Shown piece by piece: positions 1-6,981 of a DNA stretch of 13,836 nucleotides. The position numbers were made by a program, and so were the translations under genes. The DNA is taken from the NCBI GenBank assembly GCA_034661055.1, contig JAYEKO010000055.1:1-13836 (forward strand), in the 5' to 3' direction. The first letter of the stretch is position 1. Each line of letters opens with the position of its first letter. Below the pieces are notes generated by a model, which was not told the origin of the DNA, searched no databases, and saw only the letters and a list, made by a program, of their open reading frames with translations. This DNA is from Campylobacterota bacterium (GTDB lineage: Bacteria; Campylobacterota; Campylobacteria; Campylobacterales; Sulfurimonadaceae).

Positions 1-253
1 AACCCTAAATAGCCTCAGAGGAAAAAAGAGACGTAAGATTGTGCAAAACTTTTTATGAGTCATAGCCAAAGCTACGACGAGTAAAAATTTTGTGCAAGGC
101 TATGTCTCTTTTTTCCTCCCGTAGGGCATTACAGAGAAACACATACTCTGCGTTAGCCATTGACGCCATAGCTACGGCTATGACTTACAATGTCTGCCTT
201 GATTATGAATTTCTCTGTAATGCTGAGGCTGTTTAGGGTTATTAGAGGTGCCC
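1..253. repeat. Nested inverted-repeat (cloverleaf) non-coding element, candidate MITE/REPIN-like repeat; probably truncated at the left window edge
   Basis: 1-18 pairs with 223-240 (17 WC + 1 G.T); 19-35 with 101-117 (16 WC + 1 G.T); CCC-GTA-GGG mini-hairpin at 118-126; 127-139 with 210-222 (13 perfect). No ORF in the track. The structure is directly visible; mobility is inferred. Confidence 0.8.
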
Positions 254-266
254 ATAAAGGAAATCG

Positions 267-1424
267 ATGACTAAAGAGTATATTTTTACTTCAGAGTCTG
301 TAACAGAAGGGCATCCAGATAAAATGGCTGATCAGATCAGTGATGCTATTTTGGACTATATTATTGAGCATGACAAAAATGCGCGAGTAGCGTGTGAGAC
401 AATGGTCTCCAATGGTTTTTGTATGATTGCTGGAGAACTTAAAACTACTAGTTATGCACCTATGCAAGATATTGCAAGACAAGTAATTTACGATATTGGT
501 TATACAGATGCTATGTACGGTTTTGATTATCGTGCAGCAGCAGTACTTAATGGTATTGGAGAACAGTCTCCAGATATTAACCAAGGGGTTGATCAAGTTA
601 GTGGTGATATTGGTGCAGGTGATCAGGGCCTCATGTTTGGTTACGCTTGTAAAGAGACCAAGGAGCTTATGCCGTTACCAATTCACCTTTCCCATCGTCT
701 TACGGAGCGTTTGGCACAAGTACGTAAAGAGGGAATTATTCCCTATCTGCGTCCTGATGGTAAAGCACAAATTAGTGTGAAGTATGTTGATGATAAGCCT
801 GTTTCAGTTGAGACCGTAGTTGTCTCAACTCAACACCATGATAATATTGATCAAAAGCAATTACATGTAGATGTGATTGAAAAAGTTATTAAGCAGGTTA
901 TTCCTGCTGAACTTTTAAGTGACGATGTTAAATACCATATTAACCCAACAGGAAAATTTGTAATCGGTGGTCCTCAAGGGGATGCAGGTCTTACTGGACG
1001 TAAGATTATTGTAGATACATATGGTGGAAGTTGTCCTCATGGTGGTGGTGCATTTAGTGGAAAAGATCCTACTAAGGTTGATCGTTCTGCCGCGTATGCT
1101 GCACGCTATGTAGCTAAAAACTTAGTTGCTTCAGGAGCATGTGAACGAGCTACAATTCAGGTTGCCTATGCCATTGGTGTAGTTGAACCTGTCTCTATTA
1201 TGGTAGATGCTCACGGTACCGGTAAAGTAAGCGATGAGCGTCTTTCAGAATGTGTTAAGGCACTTTTTGATTTAACACCAAAAGGGATTATCAACTCACT
1301 TGACTTACTTCGTCCAATCTATAGAAAAACAGCCGCTTATGGTCATTTTGGACGTGAAGATGACGAATTTACGTGGGAAAAAACTGACAAAATAGAAGCA
1401 ATTCAAAACTTTTTAGAACTCTAA
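267..1424 (+). CDS. metK: S-adenosylmethionine synthetase
   Basis: [35 protein letters not shown] and TAAYGHFGR motifs; 385 aa; AAGGA RBS at 257-261. Confidence 0.99.
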   Translation: MTKEYIFTSESVTEGHPDKMADQISDAILDYIIEHDKNARVACETMVSNGFCMIAGELKTTSYAPMQDIARQVIYDIGYTDAMYGFDYRAAAVLNGIGEQSPDINQGVDQVSGDIGAGDQGLMFGYACKETKELMPLPIHLSHRLTERLAQVRKEGIIPYLRPDGKAQISVKYVDDKPVSVETVVVSTQHHDNIDQKQLHVDVIEKVIKQVIPAELLSDDVKYHINPTGKFVIGGPQGDAGLTGRKIIVDTYGGSCPHGGGAFSGKDPTKVDRSAAYAARYVAKNLVASGACERATIQVAYAIGVVEPVSIMVDAHGTGKVSDERLSECVKALFDLTPKGIINSLDLLRPIYRKTAAYGHFGREDDEFTWEKTDKIEAIQNFLEL

Positions 1425-1427
1425 AGA

Positions 1428-1461
1428 TTTAGTGTAGATGCAAAGTAACATCTACACTAAA
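1428..1461 (+). terminator. Stem-loop just after the metK stop (probable terminator or 3' stabilising hairpin)
   Basis: TTTAGTGTAGATG (1428-1440) / CATCTACACTAAA (1449-1461), perfect 13 bp with 8-nt loop; no clear U-tract follows. Confidence 0.6.
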
Positions 1462-1508
1462 ATATCACTTCATTACCCCTCTCTTTTAGCTACGTTTAAA
1501 ACTCTTAT

Positions 1509-1517
1509 TGGTATAGT
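1509..1517 (+). promoter_or_regulatory. Extended -10 promoter box for the ferredoxin gene
   Basis: TGGTATAGT (TGnTATAAT-like) about 30 nt upstream of the ATG; AGGAG RBS at 1536-1540. Confidence 0.65.
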
Positions 1518-1546
1518 TTTCTGTATTTAAATTATAGGAGACTTTT

Positions 1547-1804
1547 ATGGCAGTAATTATTAATGACACATGTATCAATTGCGGTGCATGTATTGATGAA
1601 TGTCCAACAGAAGCAATTGTTGACGAAGATGATAACCCGACAGGTGAAGAAATCTACTACGTTTATGAAGATAAATGTGTAGAGTGTATTGATCATCACG
1701 ATGAGCCAGCATGTGCTACAGCATGTCCAACTGAGGGCTGTATTATATGGAGTGAAAACCCAACAACTGAAGGCGCAACTGCAGGCGAGCCTTGCGTTGA
1801 GTAG
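1547..1804 (+). CDS. 2[4Fe-4S] ferredoxin (Allochromatium/YfhL-like, extended second cluster motif)
   Basis: CINCGACIDECP (CxxCxxCxxxCP) and CVEC-x8-CATACP; 85 aa, very acidic; strong RBS. Confidence 0.95.
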   Translation: MAVIINDTCINCGACIDECPTEAIVDEDDNPTGEEIYYVYEDKCVECIDHHDEPACATACPTEGCIIWSENPTTEGATAGEPCVE

Positions 1805-1812
1805 TCTCAATT

Positions 1813-1852
1813 AATAAGTACCATTCCTTGGTACTTATTGCTACTTTCTTTT
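1813..1852 (+). terminator. Probable intrinsic terminator after the ferredoxin gene
   Basis: AATAAGTACCA (1813-1823) / TGGTACTTATT (1829-1839), perfect 11 bp, followed by T-rich sequence. Confidence 0.7.
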
Positions 1853-1904
1853 GCAAAACTTTCTTTTCTTTTTTCTTTTAAACTAAAAAACATGTTTTTT
1901 TCGC

Positions 1905-1910
1905 TATAAT
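1905..1910 (+). promoter_or_regulatory. -10 box for the ndk-yceD-rpmF-plsX-fabH-HIT operon
   Basis: Perfect TATAAT preceded by T-tracts; AGGAG RBS at 1935-1939; ATG at 1945. Confidence 0.7.
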
Positions 1911-1944
1911 TGCACCCTATTTTTAAAATTATATAGGAGTTTTA

Positions 1945-2358
1945 ATGGAACGTACATTATCTATTATCAAGCCAGATGCAGTTGCAAAGGGTGTTATTGG
2001 TAAAATTTTAGATCGTTTTGAGAGTGCAGGATTACGTATTGCTGTAACTAAAAAGATTCAGTTGACACGTCAAGATGCAGAAGCATTTTATGCAATTCAT
2101 GCTGAGCGTCCTTTTTTCAACGATTTAGTTGATTTTATGATTAGCGGACCAGTAGTTGTGACGGTACTTGAAGGTGAAGGTGCTGTTCTTAAAAATCGTG
2201 ACCTTATGGGAGCAACAAATCCTAAAGAAGCTGAAGCTGGAACAATCCGTGCAGACTTCGCTGAAAATATTGATGCAAATGCAGTTCACGGTAGTGACTC
2301 ATTAGAAAATGCAGCAATTGAGATTAACTTTTTCTTCGCAGATAAAGACATTTCATAA
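1945..2358 (+). CDS. ndk: Nucleoside diphosphate kinase
   Basis: [13 protein letters not shown]-terminus, GTIRADF, catalytic NAVHGSDS; 137 aa. Confidence 0.99.
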   Translation: MERTLSIIKPDAVAKGVIGKILDRFESAGLRIAVTKKIQLTRQDAEAFYAIHAERPFFNDLVDFMISGPVVVTVLEGEGAVLKNRDLMGATNPKEAEAGTIRADFAENIDANAVHGSDSLENAAIEINFFFADKDIS

Positions 2359-2367
2359 GTTGTCATA

Positions 2368-2721
2368 ATGAAAATTGAGTGTAGACGCATAGGTAAAACA
2401 CCTCTTGAGTTTAAACTCAACTATGAGGGAGCTGAGTTTATTGGAGACATTGTGTTTCAAAAAGGCTCTCTTTTTCATTTAAATGGTCATATTACTGGTA
2501 GCTTTACTGCTCCATGTGACATATGTGCCGAACCTTTTGATACAATACTAGATGAAAAGATAGAAATATTGGTTTCAGATGGTCTATTCGAAGGTATGAA
2601 TGAGACACTTGATGTCGTTGAAGCAATTGATTCTATAGTAGATATGCAAGAGATTCTTCACTCGGAAATCGAGTTAATAAAATGCGACTATCGACGTTGC
2701 CAAAACTGCGATGAGCAGTAA
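2368..2721 (+). CDS. YceD/DUF177-like protein (short form)
   Basis: CDIC and C-terminal CQNC cysteine pairs; located immediately upstream of rpmF-plsX, the usual position of yceD. Confidence 0.8.
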   Translation: MKIECRRIGKTPLEFKLNYEGAEFIGDIVFQKGSLFHLNGHITGSFTAPCDICAEPFDTILDEKIEILVSDGLFEGMNETLDVVEAIDSIVDMQEILHSEIELIKCDYRRCQNCDEQ

Positions 2722-2744
2722 AAAATTAAAAGAAAGGAATTCAG

Positions 2745-2894
2745 ATGGCAGTACCTAAGAGACGAGTGAGTCACTCCCGTTCAGCAAAACGTAGAACTCA
2801 CTACAAAATTTCACTAGCACGTCCTGTAAAAGATAAGGACGGTACTTACAAATTACCACACCATGTTAACCCAACTACTGGTGAGTATAAATAA
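2745..2894 (+). CDS. rpmF: 50S ribosomal protein L32 (not in the ORF track)
   Basis: Manual translation [49 protein letters not shown] (49 aa); MAVPKRR is the L32 signature; AAAGGA RBS upstream; between yceD and plsX. Confidence 0.98.
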   Translation: MAVPKRRVSHSRSAKRRTHYKISLARPVKDKDGTYKLPHHVNPTTGEYK

Positions 2895-2897
2895 TAT

Positions 2898-3893
2898 ATG
2901 ATTAAGATTGCAATTGATGCAATGGGCGGGGACTTCGGTCCTGAGCCAATTGTTAAGGGATGTATCCAAGCACTTAAAGAGAAGAGGTTTCAACCTATTC
3001 TTGTTGGTAAAAAAAATGAGATTTTGCCTCTGTTACCTAAGGGTTATAGAGACAAAATTTTAATTGTAGAAGCAGATGATGTAATTGATATGAGTGATGC
3101 TGCTACTGATGCACTTAAGCGTAAAGATAGTTCCATTTTTGTTGCAGTTGATTTAGTAAAAAAAGGTGAAGCAGATGGTGTAGTATCTGCTGGTCACAGT
3201 GGTGCAACAATGACCTTGGCCACACTCCGCTTAGGACGTCTAAAAAATGTAACACGTCCAGCTCTTGCCGCTTTAATGCCGACTAAACTTGGAAAGAGAA
3301 GTATCTTACTTGACGCTGGTGCAAATGTTGACTGTAAAAGTGATAATCTTGTTGAGTTTGCAATCATGGGACGACACTATGCACAAGATATGCTTAACAT
3401 AAAAGAGCCTCGTACAGGGCTTCTTGCTAATGGTGAAGAAGAATCCAAAGGTAATGAGCTTACTAAAGAGGCTTTTAAAAAACTTTCTACTCAAGAGGGT
3501 TTCATAGGTAATGTTGAAGGCAATAATATCTTTGATGGAAGTGTTGATGTTATTGTGTGTGACGGCTTTATAGGAAATCTTGTTTTAAAGGCTTCAGAAG
3601 GTGTCGCTAAAACTATTACCGAGCTTATTAAAGAGTATATTAGAAAATCTCCTATTGCAATTACCGGAGCACTTTTAATGCGCAAGGTTTTTAAACTTCT
3701 TAAAAAACAGATGGACTATGCTGAAATTGGCGGTGCGCCGCTTATTGGTATTAAAGGGTGTGCTATTGTTAGTCACGGCAAGAGCAACCCTAAAGCCATT
3801 AAAAATGCTATATTTCAGGCAATCCGTTATGTTGATACGGGCGTTAATGCTCACATTGAAGAGAGTTTAGATAAAATTATAAATAAAGGGTAG
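2898..3893 (+). CDS. plsX: Phosphate acyltransferase PlsX
   Basis: [37 protein letters not shown] motifs; rpmF-plsX-fabH synteny. Confidence 0.98.
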   Translation: MIKIAIDAMGGDFGPEPIVKGCIQALKEKRFQPILVGKKNEILPLLPKGYRDKILIVEADDVIDMSDAATDALKRKDSSIFVAVDLVKKGEADGVVSAGHSGATMTLATLRLGRLKNVTRPALAALMPTKLGKRSILLDAGANVDCKSDNLVEFAIMGRHYAQDMLNIKEPRTGLLANGEEESKGNELTKEAFKKLSTQEGFIGNVEGNNIFDGSVDVIVCDGFIGNLVLKASEGVAKTITELIKEYIRKSPIAITGALLMRKVFKLLKKQMDYAEIGGAPLIGIKGCAIVSHGKSNPKAIKNAIFQAIRYVDTGVNAHIEESLDKIINKG

Positions 3894-3896
3894 TTT

Positions 3897-4892
3897 ATGT
3901 ATGCAGCATTTCGATCAATAGGTGCGTATACTCCAGAGAAAATCTTAACCAATGATGATTTAGCGCATATGGTCGATACTTCTGATGAGTGGATTACTAA
4001 ACGAACAGGTATAAAAGAGCGACATATTGCTGCTTCTGATGAAACTACTTCAGACATGGGTGTTAAAGCGTGTGAAAAAGCGATTGAACGCTCTGGTATT
4101 GATAAGAGTGAAATTGATATGGTCGTCTGTGCAACCATATCTCCTGACTACTTCTGTATGCCTTCTACCGCTACTATAATCTCTACAAAATTGGGTCTAG
4201 CAAATGTCACCGCTTTTGATATTTCGGCTGCTTGTACCGGTTTTGTATATATACTTAGTATTGCTAAAGCCTTTATTGAGTCTGGAATGAAAAAAAATGT
4301 ACTTATTGTCGGATCTGAAAAGCTCAGTGCTATTACAGACTACAGTGACCGTGGCACATGTATTTTATTTGGTGATGGTGCTGGTGCTGCAGTAATCAGC
4401 GCAACTACCGATAAAAGTGAAGCAATTATTGATGTGCGTACGGGTTCAGATGGAAACTTTGCAGATCTTCTTATGACTCCTAATGGAGGAAGTGGCTCTG
4501 TTCATGATGAACTTGAAAGAGAAGCTGCTGGATGCTTTATGAAGATGAAGGGTAATGAGACATTTAAAGTAGCAGTACGTACACTAACCAAAGATGTCGT
4601 TGAGATTTTACAAGAGAATCAGGTTGATGCTTCAACGATTACCCATTTCATTCCACATCAGGCAAACTACCGAATTATTAAAGCCGTAGGGGATGCTCTT
4701 AAGATGCGAGAAGACCAAGTAGTTTTAACCGTCTCTAAATTTGGAAATACTTCAGGAGCCTCTATTCCTATGGCAATGAATGACATTTATGAATCTGGCG
4801 ACTTAAAAGCTGGTGACAGTATGCTTCTTGATGCTTTTGGTGGTGGTCTTACATGGGGAAGTGCGCTCGTTCCATTCTCACCTAAAAGTTAA
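3897..4892 (+). CDS. fabH: 3-oxoacyl-ACP synthase III
   Basis: [13 protein letters not shown]; catalytic Cys-His-Asn in AACTGF, PHQAN and [15 protein letters not shown]. Confidence 0.98.
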   Translation: MYAAFRSIGAYTPEKILTNDDLAHMVDTSDEWITKRTGIKERHIAASDETTSDMGVKACEKAIERSGIDKSEIDMVVCATISPDYFCMPSTATIISTKLGLANVTAFDISAACTGFVYILSIAKAFIESGMKKNVLIVGSEKLSAITDYSDRGTCILFGDGAGAAVISATTDKSEAIIDVRTGSDGNFADLLMTPNGGSGSVHDELEREAAGCFMKMKGNETFKVAVRTLTKDVVEILQENQVDASTITHFIPHQANYRIIKAVGDALKMREDQVVLTVSKFGNTSGASIPMAMNDIYESGDLKAGDSMLLDAFGGGLTWGSALVPFSPKS

Positions 4893-4897
4893 ACTTT

Positions 4898-5269
4898 TTG
4901 CCTATTTTTAAAAATGACCTTATACATGTAAAAATACATGTAAGTGAGGTTCCTTGGTTAATTGTCTTTACCAATGACGTCAAAAAAGAGTTTTCACACT
5001 GTAGTGTTCAAGAGAAAGGTATGATTTTTTTGGCTCTAGATATTATAGAAAAAAAGATGCTCTCCTATTATCAACCAGAAAAAATAAATCTCGCTTCATT
5101 TGGAAATATGTTACCACATGTTCACTGGCATATTAGTGCACGTTTTAAAGAAGATAGCTATTTTCCAGAGCCGATGTGGGGAAGTGTTCAACGAGAAGGT
5201 AAGCTAGACTTACCTTCATTTGAGAAGTTTTGCAATGAAGTTGCTAGTGAGCTAGAGACTAGTCTCTAG
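4898..5269 (+). CDS. HIT (histidine triad) family protein
   Basis: KINLASFGNMLPHVHWH contains HxHxH; TTG start 5 nt after the fabH stop (exact start less certain). Confidence 0.88.
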   Translation: MPIFKNDLIHVKIHVSEVPWLIVFTNDVKKEFSHCSVQEKGMIFLALDIIEKKMLSYYQPEKINLASFGNMLPHVHWHISARFKEDSYFPEPMWGSVQREGKLDLPSFEKFCNEVASELETSL

Positions 5270-6797
5270 AGCGGTTTCTATCACGGCCGCCACCGCTACG
5301 GTTTCTATCTCCACCGCTTCTATTTCTATCACGGCCACCACCACTGCGATTGCGTGAACGATGATGAGAGCGATTTCTACCATTACGACTACCGCCACCA
5401 CCTCTATTGTTTAAGTTTTGCATGATCTTCTCTAAGCGTTCTGGTGCAATACCAATAGTGTTTGGACCTTTAATGCTCTGATTGTCAAGAAGCATTGATG
5501 AGAGTTTATAGATAATCTGTTCCATATCCATATCTTTTTTAAGCTCATCTAAAATTATATGTGCTTCATCATAAATTTTTTGTTGCTCAATTGTCTCAAT
5601 AAGACGATTTAGTCCTGCTTGTTTAACATCAAGTTTACTTGGAATAAATGCATGTTCCATTGTCGTACCGACTTTTGATTTAATGCGTTGAAGCTCTTTA
5701 AACTCCATTGGAGTCACAAGTGTAATTGCCATACCTTTTTGACCGGCACGACCAGTTCTACCAATTCGGTGAACATAACTTTCAGGATCAAAAGGAATGT
5801 GGTAGTTTATTACGTGACTCACATCATCAATATGAATACCACGTGCTGCAACATCAGTTGCTACTAAAATATCTGTAGCACCAGTTTTAAGTCCTCTAAT
5901 GGTTGATTCACGTTGACGCTGCTCCATATCGCCATGAAGTCCTTTAGCGTTGTAGCCTACTGCAGAAAGGACATTGCTGAGACGATCGACTTCTCTTTTA
6001 GTACGACAAAATACGACAACTTTGTTGGTCTCTTGAGCATCTAAAAGACGGATAATAGCATCATCACGCTCGCGCTCATCAATAACATAGTACTGTTGTG
6101 AAATATCTTTGTTAGTCGTCTCACCTTTAGTAATTGAGATAAACTCAGGATTTACTAAAATTCGCTCTGCAAGTTTTTTAATTGGCATCGGCATAGTTGC
6201 TGAGAAAAGTAGTGTTTGACGCTCTTTTGGAAGGTAAGTAAAGATTTCGTTGATATCATCTAAAAATCCCATATCAAGCATCTCATCAGCTTCATCTAGA
6301 ATAACTGTTTTTGGTGCAAAATCTTTAATCATATTACGTTTTAAGATGTCAAGAAGACGTCCTGGAGTAGCAACAACTACTTGAGCGCCACGTTCGATAA
6401 GACCAAGTTGACGGCTGTAAGAGCTACCACCATAAACGGTAACAGTACGAGCACCTAGCTGTTTACCATACTTGAAAATCTCATCACTAACTTGATTGGC
6501 TAGTTCACGAGTTGGAGTAATAATTAGTGCTTCAACTCCACCCTCAAGGTGCATTGCGTTAAGAATAGGTAGGCTAAATGCAGCCGTTTTTCCTGTTCCG
6601 GTATGTGCTTGACCAACAACATCACGACCTTCCATAATAACGGGAATGGCTAACTGTTGAATTGGACTTGGGACTTTGAAGCCTGCATATGATAGTGCCT
6701 GCATAATTGGACGTTTAAATCTAAATTGATCAAAACTTGTTTGAATTGTTGTATCTTCAGTAGATGTAGCTTCTTTGGTTGTGTTTTCTTGAGACAT
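5259..6797 (-). CDS. deaD: DEAD-box ATP-dependent RNA helicase (DeaD/CshA-like)
   Basis: Q motif PSPIQ, AHTGTGKT, PTRELA, TPGRLLD, DEADEM, SAT, ARGIHI, HRIGRTGR. Start placed at the ATG at 6797 (MSQENTT, preceded by AAGAGAG) rather than the TTG at 6815. The gene symbol is approximate. Confidence 0.93.
   Translation of the reverse strand: MSQENTTKEATSTEDTTIQTSFDQFRFKRPIMQALSYAGFKVPSPIQQLAIPVIMEGRDVVGQAHTGTGKTAAFSLPILNAMHLEGGVEALIITPTRELANQVSDEIFKYGKQLGARTVTVYGGSSYSRQLGLIERGAQVVVATPGRLLDILKRNMIKDFAPKTVILDEADEMLDMGFLDDINEIFTYLPKERQTLLFSATMPMPIKKLAERILVNPEFISITKGETTNKDISQQYYVIDERERDDAIIRLLDAQETNKVVVFCRTKREVDRLSNVLSAVGYNAKGLHGDMEQRQRESTIRGLKTGATDILVATDVAARGIHIDDVSHVINYHIPFDPESYVHRIGRTGRAGQKGMAITLVTPMEFKELQRIKSKVGTTMEHAFIPSKLDVKQAGLNRLIETIEQQKIYDEAHIILDELKKDMDMEQIIYKLSSMLLDNQSIKGPNTIGIAPERLEKIMQNLNNRGGGGSRNGRNRSHHRSRNRSGGGRDRNRSGGDRNRSGGGRDRNRSRD
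5262..5400 (-). repeat. Low-complexity Arg/Gly/Ser repeats in the helicase C-terminal tail
   Basis: RNRSGGGRD-RNRSGGD-RNRSGGGRD-RNRSRD; TTTCTATCACGGCC occurs at 5275-5288 and 5323-5336, 48 nt apart. Confidence 0.85.
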
Positions 6798-6964
6798 TAA
6801 TGCTCTCTTTTTCAATAAATTTATATTGTTGAAAAAGGGTAAGTCATCACAAGATGATATTACACGTAAAGTACTCTTTTGGTGTCAATGCTAATTACAA
6901 TTTAATCAGGAGTAATTTATGAAGTATTCTAAAGCGATAGAAGTTCTCAACAATATTTGGGCGA

Positions 6965-6970
6965 ATTATA
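6965..6970 (-). promoter_or_regulatory. -10 box for the DEAD-box helicase gene
   Basis: Minus strand reads TAAGTATATTTGGG-TATAAT; implies a leader of about 160 nt. Confidence 0.65.
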
Positions 6971-6981
6971 CCCAAATATAC

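Noticed and set aside
1..253. tRNA or CRISPR array
   Set aside because: Arms are far too long for a tRNA and there is no T-loop consensus; there are no direct repeats separated by spacers.
1..266. Known SAM riboswitch upstream of metK
   Set aside because: I could not recognise SAM-I or SAM-II consensus features; long near-perfect nested stems fit a repeat element better. Only an Rfam scan would formally exclude it.
291..780. ORFs 291-596 (-) and 496-780 (+)
   Set aside because: Both lie inside metK in other frames and have no recognisable motifs; shadow ORFs.
1428..1461. Resemblance of AGTGTAGAT to the 3' end of Cas12a repeats
   Set aside because: A single inverted pair, no array and no cas genes; short chance similarity in a post-gene hairpin.
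1532..1810. 92-aa minus-strand ORF
   Set aside because: Antisense to the well-supported ferredoxin.
3306..4138. Minus-strand ORFs 3306-3494, 3491-3685, 3851-4138
   Set aside because: Antisense shadows of plsX and fabH with no motifs.
6798..6815. TTG start for the helicase as given in the ORF track
   Set aside because: The extra codons contain the likely SD (AAGAGAG) for the ATG at 6797, and the TTG has no SD upstream.
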